Assembly (NCBI GenBank): GCA_963813535.1 | Contig: CAWEZH010000002.1 | Span: 352,001 to 416,000 of the forward strand | Direction of reading: 5' to 3' | Length of the DNA: 64,000 nucleotides | Origin: an uncultured Chloroflexia bacterium | GTDB taxonomy: Bacteria; Chloroflexota; Limnocylindria; Limnocylindrales; CSP1-4 | Part shown: piece after piece, positions 55,639 through 64,000 of the stretch | Numbering within the stretch: position 1 is the first letter of the stretch | Layout of the letters: every line of letters starts with the position of its first letter | Notes under the pieces: generated by a model | Told to the model about the DNA's origin: nothing | The model's input: only the letters and a program-made list of their open reading frames with translations | Databases searched by the model: none | Translations under genes and position numbers: made by a program

Positions 55639-56591
55639 CGCCGCTCGCCTGCGTAGAAGACCCATCGGCTCGACGACCAGAAGAGCAGCATCGCCAGGAA
55701 GAGCACGATCAGGAACAGCACCCAGGCGAGCGCGGACGCATAGCCGAGCTGGTTGAAGCTGAACGCCTCACGGTAGAGGTTGACGTTGTAGAAGTTGGTC
55801 GAGTCGTCCGGCTGGCCGTTCTTGAGGACGTAGGCCTGGATGAAGTACTGCGACACCCCGACGCAGCTGATGAGCAGGCTGTAGAACAGCACCGGGCTCA
55901 GAAGCGGCAGCGTGATCCGCCGGAACGTCGTCCAGGCGCCGGCGCCATCGACCTTGGCGGCGTCGTACAGCTCTGTCGGGATGCTCTGGATGCCCGCCAG
56001 GGCGATCAGCATCATCGCGCCGATCCCCCACAGCCCGACGATGCCCAGGGACGGCAGCACCCAGACCGGGTCGTTGAGCCAGTCCGGGCCGCTGACCCCG
56101 ACGAAGCCGAGCAGGCCGTTCACCCAGCCGGTCTCGGCGTTGAGGACGCCCGCCCAGATGAGCGTGCTGGCCACGAGCGGGATCTGGGTGGGCATGTAGA
56201 AGAGCGTCCGGAACCCGCGCCGCCCGAACAATCGGGGCGAGTTGAGCAGCACGGCCAGGCCGACCGCAAGGGCGATCGTCGGCGGGACGGTGATGATGGC
56301 GAACCGGAGCGTGACGCCTAGCGACTGCAGGACGTTGGGGTCGCGCAGCAGTTGAGCGTAGTTGGCCAGTCCGACGAACTGGACCTCATCGGGCCGGCGC
56401 AGGTCGAAATCGGTGAGGCTGAAGTACAGCGCGAGGGCCATCGGGATCGCCGTGAAGAGGACGAAGCCGACGATCCAGGGCGAGACGAAGAGCCAGCCCC
56501 AGGCCGCCTCGCGACGCGACGCGGTCCACCGCCAGCGTGATCGCGGGATCGTCGATCCCGGCAGGGCAGGGGCGTCGGGCCGGCCGATCAT
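55635..56591 (-). CDS. Carbohydrate ABC transporter permease (MalF-like)
   Basis: FVSPWIVGF, FVGLANY, IPTELYDAAKVDGAG, GYASALAW. Confidence 0.92.
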   Translation of the reverse strand: MIGRPDAPALPGSTIPRSRWRWTASRREAAWGWLFVSPWIVGFVLFTAIPMALALYFSLTDFDLRRPDEVQFVGLANYAQLLRDPNVLQSLGVTLRFAIITVPPTIALAVGLAVLLNSPRLFGRRGFRTLFYMPTQIPLVASTLIWAGVLNAETGWVNGLLGFVGVSGPDWLNDPVWVLPSLGIVGLWGIGAMMLIALAGIQSIPTELYDAAKVDGAGAWTTFRRITLPLLSPVLFYSLLISCVGVSQYFIQAYVLKNGQPDDSTNFYNVNLYREAFSFNQLGYASALAWVLFLIVLFLAMLLFWSSSRWVFYAGERR

Positions 56592-56625
56592 GTCGGAACG
56601 CCTCGTGCTCGGTGGTGGTAGGGAT

Positions 56626-56665
56626 GACGGAAGCGCGTCGGAGGAGAGTGCGACGCGCTTCCGTC
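56626..56665 (-). terminator. 15-bp perfect stem-loop after the sugar-binding protein gene
   Basis: gacggaagcgcgtcg-N10-cgacgcgcttccgtc. Confidence 0.65.
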
Positions 56666-56675
56666 GATGATGGAC

Positions 56676-58139
56676 CTACTGGTCCTGGTCGAATAGACCT
56701 TGGAGCTCGGTCTTGAGCTTGTCGGATTCCGCCGACACGTCGAGACCGTCGGTCGTGATCAGGGTCTCCTGGAACGCCTTCACGGCGGCATCCGACTTCA
56801 GGAAGTTCGGCATGTCCGCTTCATGGCTCGGCACGTCCGGGTAGGCCAGCATGTCGCGAGCGACCTGCCAGTCGATGTCGTTCGGCGCGAACCGCTCCTC
56901 GAGCGCCGCGAAGAACGCTTCCTGCTTCGACGCGACGGCCGGCAGCGCGCCGTAGCGAGCGATCAGCTTGTCGTTGCCAAGCAGGTAGGACAGGACTTCG
57001 AACGCCTCATCAGGATGGGCGGTCGACTTCATGATCCCGAACGTATCGGCGTGGAGCTTGGCGGTCGTCGAGCCGTCATGACTCGGCGGGACCGCGATGT
57101 CGAAGGACTTGGCCTGCGGCTCACCCTCGGCGGGCCAGGCGCAGCACGTGTACCAAAGGTGCACGAAGTCCATCGCGATGTTGCCCGACTGGAAAGCGTT
57201 GTCGCTGTTGAGGAGCTCGGAGCGGTTCTCGGAACCGTTGGGGATGAACCCGTCCTTCCACATGCCGTCGTAGTACCACTGCCAGGCGGCCTTCCAGTTG
57301 TCGGGGATCTGGGCCGTCGTTCCGTCATCGGCGACGAGGGAGCCCGGGCCGAACTGGGTGCCCCAGCCACGTGGATCCGTCCACTGCATGTAGTAGCCCC
57401 ACTGGGCCGTCGTGTCCTTGTCGAAGCCAGCGCTCGCGCCATCGTTGCCGGCCTTGTCGACCGTCAGCTTCTTGGCGAGCTCGGTGAGCGTCTCCCAGGT
57501 CCAGTCCTTGCCGTCGTACTTCTCGCCGATCTTGTGGGGCGGCTCCGGCACACCGGCCTCATCGAAGAGAGCCTTGTTGTAGTAGAGGAACGAGGGGTAG
57601 ATGGCGAACGGGATACCGACCTGGCCGCCGAATCCCTCCTTGTACGCAGCGAGGATCTTGGGGTCGATACCGCTCACGTCGTAGCTGTTCTTGTCGATGA
57701 ACGGCTGCAGATCGAGCAGCTGGTCGCCGTACGAGTAGAACCCGCGGAAGCCGACGGGCCCGATGATGTCCGGCGGGTTGCCGGCGGCGATCTGTGTGCT
57801 GAGGATGTCGTAGGCGGTCGTGTTCTGGTAGATCTCGAGGCTCAGGGTGATCTTGTCCTGGCTCTCATTGAATTCCGTCACGACGGCCTGCTCGTCGGCG
57901 ATCTGGTCCGGCTGCGCGCCGGTGCCCAGGCCCACGAACCAGCGGATCAGGACCTTGCCGTCGGCGGTGAGACCGCCCTCGCTGGTAGCGACGGGCGCGG
58001 GGGTGATGGCCACGTTGGCGCTCGGTGCGGCGGCGCTCGGCGCCGCGCTCGGTGCCGCGCTGTTACACGCGACCGCGATCATGCTGATGAGACTGGCCAG
58101 GACGAGGCGTCGGCCGGACCCGGCGTATCGGTGATCCAT
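56676..58139 (-). CDS. Carbohydrate ABC transporter substrate-binding lipoprotein
   Basis: Lipobox IAVAC, SAAP linker, IAAGNPPDI, LYYNKALFDEAG, FQSGNIAM; SD ggagga. Confidence 0.92.
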   Translation of the reverse strand: MDHRYAGSGRRLVLASLISMIAVACNSAAPSAAPSAAAPSANVAITPAPVATSEGGLTADGKVLIRWFVGLGTGAQPDQIADEQAVVTEFNESQDKITLSLEIYQNTTAYDILSTQIAAGNPPDIIGPVGFRGFYSYGDQLLDLQPFIDKNSYDVSGIDPKILAAYKEGFGGQVGIPFAIYPSFLYYNKALFDEAGVPEPPHKIGEKYDGKDWTWETLTELAKKLTVDKAGNDGASAGFDKDTTAQWGYYMQWTDPRGWGTQFGPGSLVADDGTTAQIPDNWKAAWQWYYDGMWKDGFIPNGSENRSELLNSDNAFQSGNIAMDFVHLWYTCCAWPAEGEPQAKSFDIAVPPSHDGSTTAKLHADTFGIMKSTAHPDEAFEVLSYLLGNDKLIARYGALPAVASKQEAFFAALEERFAPNDIDWQVARDMLAYPDVPSHEADMPNFLKSDAAVKAFQETLITTDGLDVSAESDKLKTELQGLFDQDQ

Positions 58140-58225
58140 CGATGCGATCCTCCTCCGTTGTCGATTCCACTGCTTGCTGCTTGACGGTGACGGTGTCGGT
58201 GGCGGGGTGTGGCGGTCGTCGGTCG

Positions 58226-59278
58226 TCAGGGCATGGCCCTCCCCGCACTCGAGGCGCGCGCGATGAGCTCGGTGGTGAGGACGATCCGACGGGGGACACG
58301 GCCGGTCTGTTCGATGCTTTCGGACAGAAGATGGACCATCTCGCGCCCCATCTCTTCGATGGGCTGGCGAACGCTCGACAGCGTCGGCCGGGTGGTGGTG
58401 GCGATCGGCGAGTCGTCGTAGCCGACCACGGCGACATCCCCGGGTACATGCCGCCCGGCGGCCTGCAGGACACCGAGGGCGGCGACGGCCATCAGGTCGG
58501 ACGCGCAGAAGACCGCGTCGAGGTCGGGACGATCGCGAAGGAGCCGCTCCATCGCAGCCTCCCCGCCGGCCTGGGTGAAGTCGCCCTCCGCGATCAGGCC
58601 GTCGTCGATCGCGATCCCGGCGTCGGTGAGGGCGTCGCGATAGCCGGCGAGCCGATCGATGCCGGCCACCATGTCGTGCGGGCCGCTGATCGTGGCGACC
58701 TGTCGGCGTCCGGACGCGACCAGGTGGCTCGTCGCGCGACGCGCGCCGTCGCGGTTGTCGGCGTCGACGTAGTCCACATCGACGCCACGCGGTGGTCGTC
58801 CGAGGACGACCGACGGGATGCGCCGGTTGGCCAGCTGGTCGGGCAGCGGATCGTCGCCGTGGAGGCTCACGAGGATGACCCCATCGACGTGACCGGCGGT
58901 GAGATAGCGGACCGTGCGCTGCTCGTCCACCTCGTCGTCCGGCATCAGCAGCACGAGCTGCAGGTCGCGCACCGACAGGGCAGCGCTCACGCCACGCACG
59001 AGCCTCGGGAAGAACGGGTCACTGAACAGCCGGCTGGCGGGCTCTGTGATGACCAGCGCGATCGAGTCGCTGCGCCGGGTGACGAGGCTGCGGGCCGCGC
59101 GGTTGGGCACGTAGCCGAGGCGCTCGATGGCCTTCTCGACCGTCCGTCGCACATCGGCGCTGACCTTGGGGGAGCCGTTCACGACCCGGGAGACCGTCGC
59201 CCGCGAGACGCCGGCGACGCGGGCGACCTCGTCGAGCGTCGCGACAGGCTTCGCGGGGGATGGCTCGAGCTGCGCCAT
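58226..59278 (-). CDS. LacI-family transcriptional regulator (CelR/CebR-like)
   Basis: TLDEVARVAGVSRATVSRVVNG, YVPNRAARSL, VVGYDD, LSSVRQP. Confidence 0.95.
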   Translation of the reverse strand: MAQLEPSPAKPVATLDEVARVAGVSRATVSRVVNGSPKVSADVRRTVEKAIERLGYVPNRAARSLVTRRSDSIALVITEPASRLFSDPFFPRLVRGVSAALSVRDLQLVLLMPDDEVDEQRTVRYLTAGHVDGVILVSLHGDDPLPDQLANRRIPSVVLGRPPRGVDVDYVDADNRDGARRATSHLVASGRRQVATISGPHDMVAGIDRLAGYRDALTDAGIAIDDGLIAEGDFTQAGGEAAMERLLRDRPDLDAVFCASDLMAVAALGVLQAAGRHVPGDVAVVGYDDSPIATTTRPTLSSVRQPIEEMGREMVHLLSESIEQTGRVPRRIVLTTELIARASSAGRAMP

Positions 59279-59310
59279 GTGGTCGTTCTCGGCTAGGGGT
59301 CCGCGGCGCT

Positions 59311-59326
59311 GTGAGAGCGCTCTCAC
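59311..59326. promoter_or_regulatory. LacI-family operator (perfect 16-bp palindrome)
   Basis: GTGAGAGCGCTCTCAC, similar to the CelR box TGGGAGCGCTCCCA, upstream of the LacI-led operon. Confidence 0.88.
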
Positions 59327-59352
59327 GTTCCGATTGGCACCATATCACCTGT

Positions 59353-59371
59353 TGTCAAGAGAGCGCTTACA
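59353..59371 (-). promoter_or_regulatory. Second imperfect LacI operator next to a TTGACA -35 box
   Basis: gagagcgcttac at 59359-59370; tgtcaa at 59353-59358 reads TTGACA on the minus strand. Confidence 0.6.
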
Positions 59372-59439
59372 GCAGATTTCGCCGCGTCCGCAGCACGGAC
59401 ACCGAAGACGACCGGTCGCGTGTGCGAGACTCTTCGCCG

Positions 59440-60927
59440 ATGGCGATCGAGACATCCAGCGCGACGGTCAGCACGGCGCGCGACCGGTACGAGGCGGTCA
59501 TCGGGATCGAGGTCCACTGCCAGCTGCGGACCGAGTCCAAGATGTTCTGCGCGTGTTCCACCGCGTATGACGGTGCGCCGCCCAACACCCACGTCTGCCC
59601 GGTGTGCTTCGGTCTGCCCGGCGCGCTCCCGGTGATCAACCAGCGAGCGGTCGAATACGTCCTCATGACGGGGCTCGCGATCGAGGCGATCACGCCCGAC
59701 GCGACGCGCTGGGATCGGAAGAACTACTTCTACCCGGACCTGCCGAAGGGCTACCAGATCAGCCAGTACGACCTTCCACTGGCGTCGGGTGGGCGGCTGA
59801 CCATCGACACGTCGGACGGCCCGTTCACGATCGGCATCACTCGAGCGCACCTCGAGGAGGACACGGCGAAGCTCATCCACTCGACGAGCGCCGACGGTCG
59901 CAAGGTCAGCCTCATCGACTTCAACCGGTCGGGGGCGCCGTTGATGGAGATCGTCACCGACCCCGACATCCGCACCGCCGAGCAGGCACGGAACTACGCG
60001 GAGGAGCTCCAGCTGCTCCTTCGGACGATCGGGGCGTCCGATGCCGACATGGAGCGCGGCCAGATGCGGGTCGAGGCGAACATCTCGATCCGACCACGTG
60101 GTTCGACCGAGTTCGGCACGCGCGTCGAGGTCAAGAACATGAACTCGTTCCGGTCGGTGGAGCGTGCCATCGCGTTCGAGATCGATCGGCAGGTCGCGGC
60201 GCTGGACGGCGGTGAGCCGCTGGTCCTGGAGACGCGTGGCTGGTCGGACGATCGGGGCGCGACGTACCACATGCGCTCCAAGGAGACGTCGGACGACTAC
60301 CGCTACTTCCCGGAGCCCGACCTGCCACCGCTCCGTGTGGACCGGCCATGGCTCGATCGGCTGCGGTCCGCGATGCCGGAGCTCCCCGCGGCCCGCCGAG
60401 AGCGGTTCCGCACGGCCTTGGGCCTCACGGCGTACGACGCCGGCGTGCTCGTCGCCGATCCGGATGCGGCGAGCCTGTTCGAGGCGACCGTGGCGGCGGA
60501 TACGTCGGCATCGACCAAGTCGGTGGCGAACTGGGTCAGCGGCGAATACCTCCGCCTCCGCAACGCGGCGACGTCGGACGCCCCGGTGCGGATCGAGCCC
60601 GCCGAGCTCGCGGCGCTGGTGAAGCTCGTCGACGACGGTTCCATCTCGCGCGCGAATGCCAAGGAGGTCCTAGCGGCCCATGCGACAGCGGGCACCCCGG
60701 TCGCGAGCGTCATCGCGGAGCGTGGTTTCCGCCAGATCTCCGATACAGGGATCGTGGGTCGGGCCGTCGACGAGGTCCTCGCCGCCAACCCGAACGCCGT
60801 CGCCGACTACAAGGCCGGCAAGGTCCAGGTCATCGGCTTCCTGGTCGGGCAGGTGATGAAGGCGACGAAGGGACAGGCCGAGGCGTCGATCGTGCAGACC
60901 CTGGTTCGCGAGCGGCTCGACGCATGA
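59440..60927 (+). CDS. gatB: Asp/Glu-tRNA amidotransferase subunit B
   Basis: YEAVIGIEVHCQL, CPVCFGLPGALP, RKNYFYPDLPKGYQISQ, EVKNMNSF, YRYFPEPDLP, GFLVGQVMK. Confidence 0.97.
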   Translation: MAIETSSATVSTARDRYEAVIGIEVHCQLRTESKMFCACSTAYDGAPPNTHVCPVCFGLPGALPVINQRAVEYVLMTGLAIEAITPDATRWDRKNYFYPDLPKGYQISQYDLPLASGGRLTIDTSDGPFTIGITRAHLEEDTAKLIHSTSADGRKVSLIDFNRSGAPLMEIVTDPDIRTAEQARNYAEELQLLLRTIGASDADMERGQMRVEANISIRPRGSTEFGTRVEVKNMNSFRSVERAIAFEIDRQVAALDGGEPLVLETRGWSDDRGATYHMRSKETSDDYRYFPEPDLPPLRVDRPWLDRLRSAMPELPAARRERFRTALGLTAYDAGVLVADPDAASLFEATVAADTSASTKSVANWVSGEYLRLRNAATSDAPVRIEPAELAALVKLVDDGSISRANAKEVLAAHATAGTPVASVIAERGFRQISDTGIVGRAVDEVLAANPNAVADYKAGKVQVIGFLVGQVMKATKGQAEASIVQTLVRERLDA

Positions 60928-61202
60928 ACCTCACCAACGTCGTGTTCTGGGCCCTCGGTGCTGCCCTGATGGCGATCGGCTATGCGCGCGTGAGGGGTCC
61001 GTGGTCCCGCTACCGGGCGTTGCGTGAGCAACAGGCGAACATCGACCGCTACGAGGCATGGCGAGGGGGGTTGCGGACGCAGGACGACGGGCCGACGGGG
61101 GCATCCGTCGCCATGGACCAGGCCCGCCGCGCGGCCTCGGTCGGTGGGGTCATCATCGCGGTCGGGGTCGCGCTCTTCGCCCTCGGGTTCCTGTTCCGCT
61201 AA
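60924..61202 (+). CDS. Small two-TM membrane protein (92 aa)
   Basis: ATGA overlap with gatB stop; terminal hydrophobic helices flanking RYEAWRGG. Confidence 0.7.
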   Translation: MNLTNVVFWALGAALMAIGYARVRGPWSRYRALREQQANIDRYEAWRGGLRTQDDGPTGASVAMDQARRAASVGGVIIAVGVALFALGFLFR

Positions 61203-62092
61203 TCCCGCTCGAGCAGGCGACCGTAGGCGTCGTCCGGCAGGGGTCGGACCCACATCGTCGGTCGCGCCCCACCGATCCTTCCGTGCTCGGCCGCCGCACG
61301 CAGGTCCCCGCTGGCCCACCACTCGGCCAGGAGGTACGCGATGAACGCATCGCCACAACCGACCGTGGTGCCGCTGACGGGGACGGGCTCGACGGGCACC
61401 CGTGTCTCGACCTGATCGGTCCTGCCGTCGACCAGGAGCACGCCCTGCGATCCGAAGGTCACGACAAGGCGCTTGCCGAGGTCGGTCACGATCCGGGACA
61501 GGGCTTCGACAGCATCGTCCTCCGGAGAGCCGGGCCAGCCGACGACCGCCAGGTCCACCCACCGCATGGTGTCGGCGAACCGTTCCGGCGTGTAGTGCCG
61601 GAAACCGAGGAAATCGGCGGCTACCTCGATGCCCTCGAGGAGACCAGCCTCGCCGAGGCGGGTGAGCTCCGCGATCACGCCCTCGACGAGGATCCCGTGC
61701 AGCCGCTTGGCCTCGCGCAGCCGGCGCTCCTCGCCCGGCGTCAGACGGAAGTCCTCACAGACGCCCTGTACGTAGTGGTCCATCCACGGCTGACGGTCGG
61801 GCATGAACTCGATGTCGATCGACGCCGATGGACCGTCGCGCACGACCGAGGCGCGCGATCCGTAGTCGATCGCGTGCCGGTCGAGCATGTCGAGGAACAT
61901 GTCCGCGTCCCGATCGCCGACGCGGGTGATGAGCCGGAACGGCAGGCCCAACGAGCGCCAGTGCCAGGCCACGTTCAGGGCGCCACCACCCGGCAGGACC
62001 GGGCCATCCGGTCGGTAGCGGTCGAGGCTGAGTGCCCCGAGGAGCAGCGTCTCCGGACCGGCCGGTGTCTCCTGTGCCGGGGGTTCGGTCAC
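61199..62092 (-). CDS. PfkB-family sugar kinase (fructoselysine 6-kinase-like)
   Basis: PGGGALNVA, RVGD, VVTFGSQG, TTVGCGDAF; GTG 62092 overlaps upstream stop. Confidence 0.82.
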   Translation of the reverse strand: MTEPPAQETPAGPETLLLGALSLDRYRPDGPVLPGGGALNVAWHWRSLGLPFRLITRVGDRDADMFLDMLDRHAIDYGSRASVVRDGPSASIDIEFMPDRQPWMDHYVQGVCEDFRLTPGEERRLREAKRLHGILVEGVIAELTRLGEAGLLEGIEVAADFLGFRHYTPERFADTMRWVDLAVVGWPGSPEDDAVEALSRIVTDLGKRLVVTFGSQGVLLVDGRTDQVETRVPVEPVPVSGTTVGCGDAFIAYLLAEWWASGDLRAAAEHGRIGGARPTMWVRPLPDDAYGRLLERD

Positions 62093-62835
62093 AGGCCCGC
62101 CAGCGGCTGCGCGCGGTCGGCGCCGGACGCCAGGAACCGGTCGTAGCGGACCTCGACCACCTTGCTCGACTGCCAGAACGCCTCGACCGACAGGTGGCCG
62201 CTCCCCTCCGAGTGGTACCACTCGATCCGGCTCGCAAGGTTGCTGATCAGCGCCGGGTCATGGACCGGAACGACCGCCGGGCTGAGCATGAACCCGGGCG
62301 AGTCAGGCTCCCGGATCTGGAGCAGGTAGCGTCCGCGGAAGCCGCGTGCCCGTGGCACCGTGTGCGTCTCGCCGGTCCCAAGGTCGAGGAATGACGCCTC
62401 GGACGCCTCCGTCTCCGTCACGTCCGGCCAGTCGGGGTCGTCGACCAGCTCGGCGATCACACGCCGGACCGAGATGTCCTGGTAGTGGTTCATCGGCGTG
62501 TGCGGCTGCTCGTAGTCGGCGTCAGCGACGTTCTCGACTGCGAAGTCGTACACGTTGCCGCACGTTTCGACCAGGAACCGGACGAGCGCTGGCCGATCCC
62601 GCAGGTACCGTCGATAGCTGGCCTCGTATTCGTCGATGGCGATCGCTACCGGGACGACCTCGCCGCGCACGAGGTTGGCGAGCCGCCAGCCGTCAGGGCC
62701 GAACCGGTCGTCAAGCCGCGCCCGCCAGCGGTGCTTCGCGTCTCCGGCGAAGCCGGGTGAGCCGACGGGGATCCAGACCTCGGCCAGCCGTGCCGCGGGT
62801 TCGCCGAGGTGGCGCCACCAGTCGGTCCGATCCAT
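62089..62835 (-). CDS. Hypothetical protein (248 aa)
   Basis: Globular, aromatic-rich ORF; ATG 6 nt after TAAGCT; coupled to the PfkB kinase gene. Confidence 0.78.
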   Translation of the reverse strand: MDRTDWWRHLGEPAARLAEVWIPVGSPGFAGDAKHRWRARLDDRFGPDGWRLANLVRGEVVPVAIAIDEYEASYRRYLRDRPALVRFLVETCGNVYDFAVENVADADYEQPHTPMNHYQDISVRRVIAELVDDPDWPDVTETEASEASFLDLGTGETHTVPRARGFRGRYLLQIREPDSPGFMLSPAVVPVHDPALISNLASRIEWYHSEGSGHLSVEAFWQSSKVVEVRYDRFLASGADRAQPLAGL

Positions 62836-62901
62836 CGGCGCAGCTTAGCCGCCCATAGACTGGCCGCACGGGGACGGACAGCCAGGAGGAGAGGGCAGGC
62901 C

Positions 62902-64000
62902 ATGCGCGAGCGAACCGAGGGGCGGGGCCTGGCCACGCGGGCGATCCACGCGGGGGAGCGGCCCGACCCGACGACGCACGCGCATCGCACGCCGATCTAC
63001 GCGACGGCCACGTACACGTTCGACACGGCGGCGGACAAGGAGGATGCCGTCGACCGGGCGCTCGCCTGGGAGCCAGGCGCGTACTTCTATTCCCGGACCG
63101 GCAACCCCACCAATCGGGCGCTCGAGGAGAAGCTGGCCTCGCTCGAAGGCGCGGAAGACGCGGTGGTGTCGTCGTCCGGTATGGCGGCCGTGGCCGCCAC
63201 GCTCTTCGCCCACCTCACCGCAGGCGATCACCTGGTGGCAGGCGACGAGCTCTTCGCGATCACCAACGTCCTGCTCGACGAGGACTTCCCGCGGCGGGGC
63301 ATCGGCGTGACCAGGGTCGATCCGACCGACCTCGACGCGGTCGAGGCCGCCGTCACCCCGGCCTCGCGTGCGCTGTTCGTCGAGTGCTCGACGAACCCAC
63401 GTCTCCGCGTCCCCGACCTCGACGCTCTGGCTGCCATCGCGCGCCGGCACGACCTGCTGTTCATCGCCGACAACACGTTCCTGGGTCCCGTGCTCCTCCG
63501 GCCGCTCGAGCACGGAGCCGATCTCGTCGTGCACGCCGCCACGAAGTACCTGTCCGGTCACGGCGACGCGGTGTCCGGGGTCGTGGCCGGCCGCAAGACG
63601 CTCACCGACCCGATCCGGAAGCAGACCGACACCCTCGGCCAGGCGGCCAGCCCGTTCTCGAGCTTCCTCGTCCAGCGCGGGGTGCGCACGTTGCCGCTCC
63701 GATCCAGGGCCGCATCGGCGAACGCGGCTGCCGTGGCGGGATTCCTCGAGGGACACCCGAAGGTCGAATGGGTCCGCTACCCGGGTCTCGCCTCGCACCC
63801 GGACCATGCCGTCGCGCGCCGGCTTCTCGGCGAGCATGGCGGCGCCATGGTCACGTTCAAGCCGAACGGCGGACTGGATGCCATGGCGGCGTTCACGGAC
63901 CACCTGCGGCTGTGCGACATCGGCGTCAGCCTCGGCGACATCCACACGCTCGTGTATCCGCGACCCAAGGACGGCGGCATCATCCGCCTGTCGATCGGCT
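62902..64000 (+). CDS. Cys/Met metabolism PLP-dependent enzyme (methionine gamma-lyase / cystathionine gamma-synthase / MetZ family), truncated by window end
   Basis: Manual translation from ATG 62902: ATRAIHAG, YSRTGNPT, SSGMAA, DNTF, HAATKYLSGHGD (PLP lysine), VSLGD; SD-like purine run upstream; absent from ORF track because no stop is in the window. Confidence 0.92.
   Translation, partial: MRERTEGRGLATRAIHAGERPDPTTHAHRTPIYATATYTFDTAADKEDAVDRALAWEPGAYFYSRTGNPTNRALEEKLASLEGAEDAVVSSSGMAAVAATLFAHLTAGDHLVAGDELFAITNVLLDEDFPRRGIGVTRVDPTDLDAVEAAVTPASRALFVECSTNPRLRVPDLDALAAIARRHDLLFIADNTFLGPVLLRPLEHGADLVVHAATKYLSGHGDAVSGVVAGRKTLTDPIRKQTDTLGQAASPFSSFLVQRGVRTLPLRSRAASANAAAVAGFLEGHPKVEWVRYPGLASHPDHAVARRLLGEHGGAMVTFKPNGGLDAMAAFTDHLRLCDIGVSLGDIHTLVYPRPKDGGIIRLSIG

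Noticed and set aside
58015-58062. Short tandem repeats (gcgctcggtgcc-like), also at ~7380-7440
   Set aside because: They encode low-complexity Ser/Ala/Pro lipoprotein linkers; there are no unique spacers, so not CRISPR or an ncRNA array.

Overview
A high-GC bacterial chromosome segment that is mostly core genome. Gene style and content suggest Chloroflexota, possibly Limnocylindria-like; this is inference only. Left to right: an oppF from an operon starting off-window; a reverse-strand peptide ABC operon with two circularly permuted DppA-type binding proteins (one interrupted by an in-frame TGA); a two-subunit NAD synthetase and rsmI; an ECF transporter-cytochrome P450-ribokinase operon; cax, ssb and a GGDEF/HD-GYP protein; a structured leader RNA with terminator and a palindromic element ahead of purA-D-B-C-S-Q-L-F-M-(N-H fusion); metG with a non-canonical HIGH motif and tatD; CIRCE-groESL; pcrA, ligA and gatCA; a LacI-sugar ABC-GH116 cluster lying between gatA and gatB; an orphan gene with a PfkB kinase; and a Cys/Met PLP enzyme cut by the window end. 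Many genes appear leaderless (TANNNT 6-9 nt before the start codon). I saw no rRNA, tRNA, CRISPR array, transposase or integrase. Best novelty candidates are the pur leader RNA, the ECF-P450-ribokinase operon, the permuted DppA proteins and the MetRS motif. All family assignments come from motif recognition by eye, not database searches.
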